The translations under genes were made by a program, and so were the position numbers. Source: Spirochaetia bacterium (GTDB lineage: Bacteria; Spirochaetota; Spirochaetia; UBA9216). From it: a DNA stretch of 64,000 nt. The stretch is taken from contig OZ223264.1 in assembly GCA_965140585.1 (NCBI GenBank), positions 839,115 through 903,114 of the forward strand, in the 5' to 3' direction. Of the stretch, positions 37,021 through 46,576 are shown piece after piece. Each line of letters starts with the position of its first letter. Position 1 is the first letter of the stretch. Under the pieces are notes generated by a model. It did not search any database. It was given only the letters and a program-made list of their open reading frames with translations, and was not told the origin of the DNA.

Positions 37021-37863
37021 GTGACATATAAAAGAAACAGACTTGTTGCTCCGGTTGTGAAATGGGTCGGTGGAAAACGTCAGTTAATTTCAGAAATTTC
37101 TAAGTATTACCCAAAATTCTCTGGAACATATTTCGAACCATTTTTAGGTGGTGCGGCTGTTTTATTCCATTTCCAGCCAAAAGTAGCTATCGTTAATGAT
37201 AATAATGCAGAATTAGTGAACTTATACAATGTAATAAAGAATAATCCGGAACTCTTGATATCGGATCTGAAGAAGCACATCAATGATAAAGAGTATTTTT
37301 ATGAGATTAGATCACTTGATCGGGATAAAGAAAAGTATGGTCGGCTGACCCCAATTGAGAGAGCCTCCAGAATATTATTCCTTAATAAAACATGTTATAA
37401 CGGTCTTTTTCGGGTAAATAGTTCAGGTGAGTTTAATACGCCTTTTGGAAGATATAAAAATCCGAATATCGTAAATGAAATAACCATTAATGCTGTTAGT
37501 AGATATTTCAATAGTGTGGAAATCTCTATTCTAAATGTAGATTTTGAAAATGCGGTTAAGAATGCAAAAAAAGGGGATTTTGTATATTTTGATCCACCAT
37601 ACGACCCCATTTCTGATAGTTCAAATTTCACTGGTTACACAAAAATTGGATTTGATAGAGCAGAACAACTAAGGTTGAAATACCTGTGTGATGACTTAAA
37701 AAAAAGAGATGTGAAATTTTTGTTATCCAATTCAGCCACAGATTTTATATGGGAACTTTATAAAGACTATAGTAGAACGAAGATAACTGCTACACGTGCT
37801 ATCAATTCAAAAGCTGAAGGCAGAGGTGTTGTTGAAGAGGTTCTTGTGAAAAATTATGACTAA
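37021..37863 (+). CDS. Dam-like (alpha-class) N6-adenine DNA methyltransferase
   Basis: VKWVGGKRQL, FEPFLGGAAV (FxGxG) and FVYFDPPY (DPPY). GTG 37021 gives the typical 280 aa; the ORF is open from 36916. AT-rich gene. Confidence 0.85.
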   Translation: MTYKRNRLVAPVVKWVGGKRQLISEISKYYPKFSGTYFEPFLGGAAVLFHFQPKVAIVNDNNAELVNLYNVIKNNPELLISDLKKHINDKEYFYEIRSLDRDKEKYGRLTPIERASRILFLNKTCYNGLFRVNSSGEFNTPFGRYKNPNIVNEITINAVSRYFNSVEISILNVDFENAVKNAKKGDFVYFDPPYDPISDSSNFTGYTKIGFDRAEQLRLKYLCDDLKKRDVKFLLSNSATDFIWELYKDYSRTKITATRAINSKAEGRGVVEEVLVKNYD

Positions 37864-37885
37864 TGAATTATCTAAAAATGATTAG

Positions 37886-38086
37886 GTGTGGATTAAGATT
37901 TTCGATAAATACAGTATAAATAAAAGATTTAAAGAAGATGGACACTATTTTATTTCAGCTGATCAGATAAATCAGTATAGGGAAGCACGCTTGATGACAA
38001 AATTTGATCATTATAGAAACCTTCCAAATCTTTTAAAAGAGTAAAAAGTTAATATTTTACCGATTTCAAGAGGTTTTTATATAATA
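37886..38086 (+). pseudogene. Fragment of a probable restriction endonuclease gene (nonsense codon, then cut by the IS)
   Basis: GTG-initiated frame MWIKIFDKYS...REARLMTKFDHYRNLPNLLKE, an in-frame TAA (38042-38044), then KVNILPISRGFYII running into the IS5 end at 38087. The RLMTKFD...LP...ILPISRG.Y pattern resembles type II REase N-termini as I recall them. Confidence 0.45.
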
Positions 38087-39277
38087 GGCGCTTCTAAAAA
38101 CTAAAGGAAATTCAATGAATTCAAAAATCTGATATGCTTTTACTTTTGGATGAATAAATGTCAAAGCAGAAAGGTTTTTTCATAGAAGATTTAAAGCTAT
38201 CAGAATTATCACAGCACGGAGATCCCTTGCAGAGATTGAGTGCAATGATTCCATGGGAAAACTTTCGGCATAAATTAAATCGTATCTTTGTAAAAGAAGC
38301 AAAAGGCCCTGGAGGAATACCTCCATACGATTATGTGATGATGTTTAAAATCCTCGTATTACAGAGAATTTATAATCTATCCGATTCGCAAATGCAGTAC
38401 CAGATCATGGATCGATTATCATTTATGAGATTTCTTGGTTTGAATCTTGATGACAAAGTACCCGATGAAAAAACAATCTGGCACTTTAGAGAAGAACTTG
38501 TTGAATCAAGGAAACTTGAAATACTATTTGAACAGTTCAGGAATTATCTGATAAAAGAAGGAATACTGCTTGAGTCGGGGACAATTGTCGATGCTTCTTT
38601 TGTTGAAGTACCAAAACAAAGAAATAATAAAGACGAAAATAAAGAGATAAAAGAGGGCGAAACTCCTAAAGAGTGGTCAGACAATAAATTAAGACAAAAA
38701 GATGTGGATGCAAGATGGGTAACAAAAGGCGGGCAACGCCATTATGGCTACAAAAATCACATAAAAATTTATCGTAAATCCAAGCTTATTAACAATTATG
38801 TAGTAACCAGTGCTGCAGTTCATGACTCGCAAGTAATAGAAGAAATTTTAGAAGAATCTGATTCGCATCATGAATTATATGCTGATAGTGCTTATAGCGG
38901 AGCTCCAATAAAAGAAATATTGTCGGAATTGAAAATCAGGAACCGGATACATGAAAAAGGCTATCGAAATAGCCCGTTAACTAAGAAACAAAAAGAGCGG
39001 AATCGAAAAAAGTCGAAGACGCGGGCGAGAGTAGAACATGTATATGGATTTATGGTTAATTCGATGCAAGGTGATTTTATCAGGTACATAGGTCAGAAAA
39101 GAGCTGAAGCAGTGATAGGATTAAGTAACCTTGTTTATAATATGATGAGGTATATCCAGATATGTTCTGCATGAGCTGGGTAGATTGATGGATGAGGAAT
39201 GTATCGACATGCCGGTACAATGATAAAAAAGCTGATGATGTTTAATACAGCATAGCTGAAGGTTTTTAGAGGCGCCC
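38087..39277 (+). mobile_element. IS5-family insertion sequence, copy B
   Basis: 1191 bp, same orientation as copy A. Right IR GTTTTTAGAGGCGCCC (39262-39277); left IR is degenerate (GGCGCTTCTAAAAAC). Flanks are ATA and TTA, so there is no clean target duplication. Confidence 0.85.
38158..39174 (+). CDS. IS5-family DDE transposase
   Basis: 338 aa, with 8 substitutions relative to copy A. Confidence 0.9.
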   Translation: MSKQKGFFIEDLKLSELSQHGDPLQRLSAMIPWENFRHKLNRIFVKEAKGPGGIPPYDYVMMFKILVLQRIYNLSDSQMQYQIMDRLSFMRFLGLNLDDKVPDEKTIWHFREELVESRKLEILFEQFRNYLIKEGILLESGTIVDASFVEVPKQRNNKDENKEIKEGETPKEWSDNKLRQKDVDARWVTKGGQRHYGYKNHIKIYRKSKLINNYVVTSAAVHDSQVIEEILEESDSHHELYADSAYSGAPIKEILSELKIRNRIHEKGYRNSPLTKKQKERNRKKSKTRARVEHVYGFMVNSMQGDFIRYIGQKRAEAVIGLSNLVYNMMRYIQICSA

Positions 39278-39707
39278 TTAAGAAAAAGCCAATTCTTTAT
39301 GAATTCAACAACCACTATTACAGAGCCAGCTGATCTAATATGGAAAACTTGCGTCATTCCCATAGGCGAGGTATATCCTCATCTTGATGAAATCCAAAAT
39401 ATTTCATTTTTGACTTAGAAAAAGCTGATTATCAGATATCAACACCGGTCCAAAACTGTAGGAAGCACCATAAAGAGGCTTCATGATCGAGCTAATTTAA
39501 CTTTCGCATATTAAATTGTCAGTAAGGGATGCCAAAGATATTAAATGTATTAATGTGCACAAAGTACATTTCTTGCACAGGATAATGTGCGCTTCTTATA
39601 AAGCTTAAAAAGCAGATACAGTTTTTTATTCTGAATAATTAAAAAGCGTGTTAGGCTAATTACGGTTTTAAATTTTGTTGGATAAATATAAAACAGGAGC
39701 AAGAATA

Positions 39708-42614
39708 GTGAATATATGGGCGCGTGAATCTTTATTTTTAAAAGGCTGTGACGGCTGCAGGCTGGCAGTAGATATATATAAACCACTGTCAGGGCATGGT
39801 CTGAAACAACTGCCTGTAATTCTTCACACCGGATACAATCCCCGACGAAGCGCATATAAAAAATTCAGTGTATTCATTGATAAGTTGATATCGGAAGGAT
39901 ACATTGTTGTGATTGCAGAACCGAGGGGCGTAGGTGCATCTTTCGGACGTCACGACGGGTTCTGGAGCCGGAAAGATGCCAGAGATATGAAGTGCATAAT
40001 TGATCAGATTGGGAAGATGCCTTGGTGTAACGGCCGAGTTGGAATGTTCGGCAGTTCGAATTGCGGGATGATCCAACTGCTGACGGCGGCAGAAAAACCA
40101 GAGCATCTTAAAGCGATAATTCCATGTGATAATAATTCTGATTTTTATTACCAGAATTTCCCTAACGGGGCCTCTGCATTACCATACCTTCCAGAGACTC
40201 ATAAAGATGCTTCTTCTGAAGTTGTGCCCGTGGATGAAGATAGTGCACCGGATTTTCCTCTGGCAAAAAGCGTGCAAAACGCACATCTTAACAACGGAAG
40301 GTTTCTGAGTCAGTATGAACCGAATATGTTTCGGGATTCTTTCAATCAGGTTCTTGGGTATGCCCCTAACCAGGAAGTGCCTGCATGGGAGAGAGTGGAG
40401 AACATAAAATATTCCGATATCAGAGTTTATTCTAACGCATCCTGGTTTGACTCAAGCTGTACCGGTGGGGTTATCGGATATAAAGCCTACGGCGATAAAT
40501 TATTAATAGGTCCATGGACTCATAGTCAAATGCACACAGGTGTATCTGCACTGGATAACGGAACCCATGACTGGATGAGTGATCATCTAAGGTTTTTCGA
40601 CGCCTGTTTAAAGGGTGAGGAGAACTCTGTCTTTAACGAACCGCCTGTGCGTTATTATATGTGTAATGGCAAGTCCGGTAATGAGTGGCGGTGGTCGGCC
40701 GATTTCCCTCTGGATAATCAGGTTCTTACTGACCTTTACCTGTCAAGTCCATCCGAATCAGATGTTTCTTCCGATGGAACTGCATATCTGACAAGTCAGA
40801 TGCCGAGGTCGGGTAAGCTTGAGTACAAAGTTGAAAAATCGGTGAATTTCTTCAACGAAACCGGAAAGATGAATAGAAGAATTGAGAGTGATCTGTCATC
40901 TCTGGACAGCCGGACTCTTGTTTTTACTTCAGAGCCGTTATCTCGCGACATTGAATTGATGGGGCTACCGTCTGTAAGTCTATGGGTAACATCTACATAT
41001 GAAGACGGAAATTTTATTGCGGTTTTGGAAGAAGTTAATGAAAACGGTGAATCCCGTTACCTGACAGACGGTGCAGGCAGAGCTTCACACTCGAAAATTA
41101 CCCCGCACAGTGTATGGAATTCTTTAGGTCTGGCCTATCACTCCAGTCTGGAAAAAGATGCTGTAAAGCTTTCATCCGAGACACCGTTGAACCTCGTTTT
41201 CAATCTGGATGCTTTGTCGTCCTGTGTGAATGCTGGGTATCGATTGCGGTTAAGGATTATGTGTGCCGAGGAGGCAATGTACCAGCAGCCGAATGGGTTT
41301 CCTGCCCCCCCCCCTACAATCACCCTCTATACAGGTTCTGAGACGGCATCTTTTTTAAGGCTTCCTGTCATAAAGCCTGATTTGAACGAATTTAGCGACG
41401 GAGAGATTTCGGTATATACCTTTAAAAGGGGTGTTTATTTTAATAAAGCCGGAAATTGGACTTACCATAAAAACGTTCAGGTTTATTCTAAGGATGATGA
41501 AATCCGTTATGTGACGGAAGCCTTCACCGCTATTAAGAAAACAAATGGAAATACAGTGCAGCTTGGAATTGAAACGCCGGAATTCATTTTCAAAGCCTCC
41601 GGAAACCTTCCAGAAACGGGATATCTCTCCGAGAATTCTATGGAATTGAAGTTGTTAAAACCGGATAGTTCATTCGGAAAGAATAAATCTTCTATAGAAC
41701 CGGATTTCAAGAATATCTATCTTGCTACTGTTCCGGTAAAGGCCGGGCAAAAGGGCATGCCTAATATTCAGCCCTTCTCTACTTTGGATCTTTTTATTGA
41801 TGTTGCATTGCCGGATACCGGAATGGAGAAGTATCCATGTATTGTTAATATTCACGGATATAGTGGTAGTCATCATGATTTTGGTTATCTGGCTGAACCG
41901 CTTTTAAAAAGCGGGTATGCCATTGCTTCAATTGACTACAGGGTTTATCCACCAAATATCTGGCCTGCACCGATGCATGATGTAAAGGCTGCTATTAGAT
42001 TCTTAAAGGCCAATTCGAAGAAATACAAGCTCGATCCGGAACGTTTCGGGGTAATGGGCGGTTCGGCCGGCGGCCATCTGTCTGCAATTGTGGCGGCGAC
42101 AAACGGTAAGCCAGAATTTGAAGGAGACATTGCTGGCAACAATGATTTTACAAGCACCGTAAAGGCTGCGGCAATATATTTCCCATGGACTGATATCTTC
42201 AGTTTTGGAGATGATCAGAGCATAAAATACTCAGGAAATTCTGAGAAGGTAATGATGGCAGACGGGCCTTATTCGCCGCTTGGTGCAATGGTGGGGTATT
42301 CCGGACCAGGAAAAGGGATGGGAAAATTAAAAAAACATCTTCATGATGAAAGCCCATTTTATAAAACCCTGATTGCTAAATCGATTGAAGCAAGTCCTGT
42401 CTCTCATGTTGATGAAAACAGCGCGCCATCCGTGTTTGTTCACGGGATTTTTGAAGGCGGGGTTGAAATACCTATGCAGCAGAGTATTCGCATGTTTGAA
42501 CGGCTTACGGAGAAGGGTGTGAAATCACTTCTGCTTTGTAACAATAATTGTTTCTACGGTGAAGATCCGGAAGTCCGGATGGCAGTGCTGGAATTTATAA
42601 AGCTCAGAGTCTGA
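39708..42614 (+). CDS. Two-domain hydrolase: N-terminal CocE/NonD (S15 X-Pro dipeptidyl-peptidase-like) domain fused to a C-terminal alpha/beta-hydrolase esterase
   Basis: N-terminal half: VVIAEPRGVGASFG and GMFGSSNCG (a GxSxxG nucleophile elbow as in CocE). C-terminal 280 aa: VNIHGYSGSH, IASIDYRV, GVMGGSAGGHLSA. AGGAG RBS 10 nt upstream of GTG 39708; the ORF opens at TTG 39675. Confidence 0.7.
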   Translation: MNIWARESLFLKGCDGCRLAVDIYKPLSGHGLKQLPVILHTGYNPRRSAYKKFSVFIDKLISEGYIVVIAEPRGVGASFGRHDGFWSRKDARDMKCIIDQIGKMPWCNGRVGMFGSSNCGMIQLLTAAEKPEHLKAIIPCDNNSDFYYQNFPNGASALPYLPETHKDASSEVVPVDEDSAPDFPLAKSVQNAHLNNGRFLSQYEPNMFRDSFNQVLGYAPNQEVPAWERVENIKYSDIRVYSNASWFDSSCTGGVIGYKAYGDKLLIGPWTHSQMHTGVSALDNGTHDWMSDHLRFFDACLKGEENSVFNEPPVRYYMCNGKSGNEWRWSADFPLDNQVLTDLYLSSPSESDVSSDGTAYLTSQMPRSGKLEYKVEKSVNFFNETGKMNRRIESDLSSLDSRTLVFTSEPLSRDIELMGLPSVSLWVTSTYEDGNFIAVLEEVNENGESRYLTDGAGRASHSKITPHSVWNSLGLAYHSSLEKDAVKLSSETPLNLVFNLDALSSCVNAGYRLRLRIMCAEEAMYQQPNGFPAPPPTITLYTGSETASFLRLPVIKPDLNEFSDGEISVYTFKRGVYFNKAGNWTYHKNVQVYSKDDEIRYVTEAFTAIKKTNGNTVQLGIETPEFIFKASGNLPETGYLSENSMELKLLKPDSSFGKNKSSIEPDFKNIYLATVPVKAGQKGMPNIQPFSTLDLFIDVALPDTGMEKYPCIVNIHGYSGSHHDFGYLAEPLLKSGYAIASIDYRVYPPNIWPAPMHDVKAAIRFLKANSKKYKLDPERFGVMGGSAGGHLSAIVAATNGKPEFEGDIAGNNDFTSTVKAAAIYFPWTDIFSFGDDQSIKYSGNSEKVMMADGPYSPLGAMVGYSGPGKGMGKLKKHLHDESPFYKTLIAKSIEASPVSHVDENSAPSVFVHGIFEGGVEIPMQQSIRMFERLTEKGVKSLLLCNNNCFYGEDPEVRMAVLEFIKLRV

Positions 42615-42714
42615 GAATGAGAAATTGTAAAGAATATCAATTCTACTCCCGCATGCGGATGAGTATAGAGTTTTTATATACAGGAAATATTAAAAGAATT
42701 TGGAGGAATAATTA

Positions 42715-43647
42715 ATGCTGGGTTTCATTGTAAAGCGTATTCTTATGCTTATCCCAATATTGATAGCTGTATCAATATTACTATTTATTTTAATGTCGTT
42801 TACGCCGGGTGATCCTGCGAAGCTCATTTTAGGTTTAAATGCTTCCGATGAGAAAGTTGCGGCTCTTAGAGCCGATATGGGGTTGGATGATCCAATTCCG
42901 GTCAGGTATTTAGTATACCTAAAGGGTGTAGTAACCAGGTTTGATCTGGGAACATCCTATATTACCGGTCGCAGTGTTACTCACGAAGTAAAGGAGCGCT
43001 TGCCTTACACCCTTCTGGTGGCCTCCTTCAGCATAGTGATAGCATTGGTTTTTGGAATTCCGCTGGGTTTTATTGCTGCAACAAATCAGAATACGTGGAA
43101 GGATAATGCGGCCATGTTTCTTTCCCTGTTTTTTATATCTATGCCGGCGTTTTGGTTTGCCCTGATTCTTGTAATGATATTTGCGATTAATCTGCATCTA
43201 CTTCCCGTTGTCGGCATTTCAAGCTGGAAAGGCTTCATTCTGCCAGTAGTTTCTCTTGCTCTGGGCGCTACGGCTGGAATTGCGCGGCAGACAAGATCCA
43301 GTATGCTCGAGGTTATCCGCCAAGATTATATTTCCACCGCCGCCGCCAAAGGCCAGACAGATTTCAAAGTAAAAACAAATCATGTCCTTCGTAATTCATT
43401 AATTCCAATTATTGTCTATGCAGGGTCAGGACTGGGCAGAGCAATGGGCGGGGCTCTAATTGCTGAGAATATATTTTCAATACCGGGTATGGGAACGTAT
43501 ATGGTTAGTGCTATCGCCAGACGTGATTATCCGGTAATAATGGGCGGGGTTCTGGTCATTTCCGTATGCTTTTGCCTGATAATGCTGGCTGTGGATGTAA
43601 TTATGGCATACGTGGATCCCAGGATGAGAGCTCAGATTGTCAAATAA
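42715..43647 (+). CDS. Peptide/nickel-type ABC transporter permease (DppB/OppB-like)
   Basis: 310 aa, 6 TM segments, typical N-terminal MLGFIVKRILMLIPILIAVS and a BPD_transp_1 core. Confidence 0.85.
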   Translation: MLGFIVKRILMLIPILIAVSILLFILMSFTPGDPAKLILGLNASDEKVAALRADMGLDDPIPVRYLVYLKGVVTRFDLGTSYITGRSVTHEVKERLPYTLLVASFSIVIALVFGIPLGFIAATNQNTWKDNAAMFLSLFFISMPAFWFALILVMIFAINLHLLPVVGISSWKGFILPVVSLALGATAGIARQTRSSMLEVIRQDYISTAAAKGQTDFKVKTNHVLRNSLIPIIVYAGSGLGRAMGGALIAENIFSIPGMGTYMVSAIARRDYPVIMGGVLVISVCFCLIMLAVDVIMAYVDPRMRAQIVK

Positions 43648-44545
43648 TATAATGGAGGATGATTATAATATGGGAAACTCTGTCGATTTATCGCAGATTA
43701 AAAAAAGATCTGCAGTTAAAATATTTTTTAAAAGGCTGGCAAAAAACAAACTTGCCGTAGCTGGCCTGGTAATTATTGCATTATTAGTTCTTTTAGCTTT
43801 GTTCGGACCATTAATTGCACCGTACAGTTATAAAGAGCAGGATCTCAACAATACGTTCGCAAGGTCAAGCCTGGAGCATCCCCTAGGTACTGACAATCTA
43901 GGTCGTGACGAGTTGAGTCGGCTGATCTATGGAACAAGACAATCCCTGAGAATTGGATTCATGTCCGTGCTGCTTGCATCGTTTCTGGGTACATTTTTTG
44001 GTGTAATTGCTGGTTATTACGGCGGCCTTGTGGACAATCTCCTTATGAGAATTCTAGATGTCTATCAATCAATTCCAGGGCTGATACTATGTATCGTTCT
44101 TGCAGTAACGCTTGGGCCGGGACTCGGCAACGCGATAATTGCTTTAGGCATTGGTACTATGCCTGTTTATGCGAGGATTGTCAGGGCTCCGATGCTTCAA
44201 ATTCGGAGTATGGAGTATATTGAAGCAGCTAAGGCCATAAACGCCAGCGATCGGCGCATAATTCTGAGATACGGTCTTCCCAACGCTATTGCGCCCTTGA
44301 TTATCCAGATAACTATGAGTGTAGGACTCTCCATTTTAGCAGCAGCCATGCTTAGTTTTATCGGTCTTGGTGCTCAGCCCCCGCTTGCTGAGTGGGGTGC
44401 CATGCTGACGGATGGGAAAGGGTACATCAGAGACCATGGTTACCTTATTACCTATCCGGGCATAGCTATTGTCATAAGTGTGCTTGCTTTCAATTTATTC
44501 GGCGATGGCTTGCGGGATGCGCTTGATCCCCGCCTTAAAAACTAA
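43637..44545 (+). CDS. Peptide/nickel-type ABC transporter permease (DppC/OppC-like)
   Basis: Typical HPLGTDNLGRDELSRLIYG motif. The real start is probably ATG 43652 or 43670 (GGAGGA RBS at 43654-43659). Confidence 0.85.
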   Translation: MSNNIMEDDYNMGNSVDLSQIKKRSAVKIFFKRLAKNKLAVAGLVIIALLVLLALFGPLIAPYSYKEQDLNNTFARSSLEHPLGTDNLGRDELSRLIYGTRQSLRIGFMSVLLASFLGTFFGVIAGYYGGLVDNLLMRILDVYQSIPGLILCIVLAVTLGPGLGNAIIALGIGTMPVYARIVRAPMLQIRSMEYIEAAKAINASDRRIILRYGLPNAIAPLIIQITMSVGLSILAAAMLSFIGLGAQPPLAEWGAMLTDGKGYIRDHGYLITYPGIAIVISVLAFNLFGDGLRDALDPRLKN

Positions 44546-44563
44546 AAGGAATAAGGTGTTTTA

Positions 44564-45550
44564 ATGATTATGGATTCTGATAAGGACATATTACTAGAGG
44601 TTAAAGACCTGTTTGTTGAATATAAATCTGATGATGAGATTCTTCATGCGGTTAACGGTATCTCTTTCGATATTAAAAAGGGAGAAACTCTCGGGTTGGT
44701 CGGCGAAACCGGAGCTGGAAAAACCACGATCGCCAAATCGATTCTGCGAATTCTGCCCAAACTGCAATCGACCATAAAAAACGGTTCTATTCATTTTTCC
44801 GGCAGACAACTTCTGAACCTTGGCGAACGTGAAATGCAGGGCATACGTGGGAATAAAATTTCAATGATATTTCAGGACCCGATGTCGGCTCTCAACCCTG
44901 TTATGTCCATAGGTGCACAGATAGAAGAGTCAATTAAGCTTCACCGCAATTTATCCCGGAAGGACAGGGAGAAACTTGTGGTGGAAATTCTGGAAAAGGT
45001 TGGGATCCCGGGTTCAAGGAAAAGTGAGTATCCGCATCAGTTTTCCGGGGGCATGAAACAGCGTGTAGTTATTGCAATTGCTCTTGCCTGCAGTCCCAGT
45101 CTGCTTTTGGCGGATGAACCTACTACTGCGCTTGACGTTACAATTCAGGCGCAGGTTCTGGACATGATTGAAAAACTGAAATCCGAATTCCACATGTCCA
45201 TGCTGCTTATAACTCATGATCTTGGTATTGTCGCGGAAACATGCGACAGGGTCGCAATTATCTATGCGGGTGAGATAGTGGAGTTAGGAGAGGTCGAACA
45301 GGTTTTCGATCATCCGCTTCATCCATATACAATAGGCCTTTTCGGTTCACTCCCAAGTATAGAAGATTCAGCTTCAGACAGGCTGAAGCCAATCAACGGA
45401 CTTATGCCGAACCCCCTGGCGCTTCCTGTCGGCTGCAAGTTTGCGTCGCGATGTCCGAGGGTTACTGACTTATGCAGGGAAAATGATCCGGAAAGCAGAT
45501 TATTTAAAGGGCATTATGTCAGCTGCCATCATGCTGAAGGGGGAGAATAA
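44564..45550 (+). CDS. Oligopeptide-type ABC transporter ATP-binding protein (DppD/OppD-like)
   Basis: Walker A GETGAGKT, signature FSGGMKQR, Walker [13 protein letters not shown], and a C-terminal oligo_HPY-like tail (HPYT). Confidence 0.9.
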   Translation: MIMDSDKDILLEVKDLFVEYKSDDEILHAVNGISFDIKKGETLGLVGETGAGKTTIAKSILRILPKLQSTIKNGSIHFSGRQLLNLGEREMQGIRGNKISMIFQDPMSALNPVMSIGAQIEESIKLHRNLSRKDREKLVVEILEKVGIPGSRKSEYPHQFSGGMKQRVVIAIALACSPSLLLADEPTTALDVTIQAQVLDMIEKLKSEFHMSMLLITHDLGIVAETCDRVAIIYAGEIVELGEVEQVFDHPLHPYTIGLFGSLPSIEDSASDRLKPINGLMPNPLALPVGCKFASRCPRVTDLCRENDPESRLFKGHYVSCHHAEGGE

Positions 45551-46500
45551 TGGCGCCAATTTTACAGGTAGAAAATCTAAAGAAGTATTTTAAATCCCCG
45601 AAGGGAAATTTACATGCAGTTGATAATGTGAGTTTTACTATTGAAAAAGGTGAGACTCTTGGTGTTGTTGGTGAATCAGGTTGCGGTAAATCCACATTGG
45701 GTAGGACTCTGATGCACCTTGTTGAAAATACCGGCGGAAAGATTATTTTCGACGGCGAAGATATTACAAAGGTAAGCAAGCAAAAACTGAGAAAAATTCG
45801 TGAAAACATGCAGATTATTTTTCAGGATCCTCTTTCCTCTCTGAACCCCAGGATGACTGTGATTCAGACCATCAGCGAACCATTTTATATTCAAGGTATA
45901 AAAACCAGAAAAGAAATAGAGTATGAAACACAAAAACTCATGGATACAGTCGGTCTGTCACGGGAGTTCGCCTATGCCTATCCACATGAACTGGATGGCG
46001 GACGCTGTCAGCGAATAGGGATCGCACGAGCCCTTACTCTGGAGCCGAAGTTTATTGTTTGTGATGAACCTGTTTCTGCACTTGATGTATCGATACAGGC
46101 CCAGGTTTTGAACCTGATTCAGGATTTGCAGGAAGAAAAAGAACTGACCTATCTTTTTATTACCCATGACTTATCGGTTGTAAAACATATATCTGATCAT
46201 ATATGCGTAATGTATCTGGGCGAGATCGTGGAGAAGGCAACTTCCCGGGATTTATTCAAAAAACCGTTACATCCGTATACCAGGGCGCTGCTCTCGGCAA
46301 TTCCTGTGCCCAATGTGCATTTTAAAAAGGAGCGGATTCTGATAGAGGGCGAAATTACATCTCCAATAGAACCTCCGGAGGGATGCCGTTTTGCTGCCAG
46401 ATGCATATATGCATCGGAAGAATGCAGGAAAAAGCAGCTTCTTACTGAGGTGGAACCGGAGCACTTTGTGCTGTGTTCAAAAGTCAAGGAATTCATGTAG
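45550..46500 (+). CDS. Oligopeptide-type ABC transporter ATP-binding protein (DppF/OppF-like)
   Basis: Walker [10 protein letters not shown], Walker [21 protein letters not shown] tail. The start overlaps the upstream stop. Confidence 0.9.
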   Translation: MAPILQVENLKKYFKSPKGNLHAVDNVSFTIEKGETLGVVGESGCGKSTLGRTLMHLVENTGGKIIFDGEDITKVSKQKLRKIRENMQIIFQDPLSSLNPRMTVIQTISEPFYIQGIKTRKEIEYETQKLMDTVGLSREFAYAYPHELDGGRCQRIGIARALTLEPKFIVCDEPVSALDVSIQAQVLNLIQDLQEEKELTYLFITHDLSVVKHISDHICVMYLGEIVEKATSRDLFKKPLHPYTRALLSAIPVPNVHFKKERILIEGEITSPIEPPEGCRFAARCIYASEECRKKQLLTEVEPEHFVLCSKVKEFM

Positions 46501-46576
46501 AGAGCCCTTTAAAAACAGTTCTAAAGCTGACCTGTTATTCTGAATATCGGTACAGCATATTATAAGGAGGCATATT

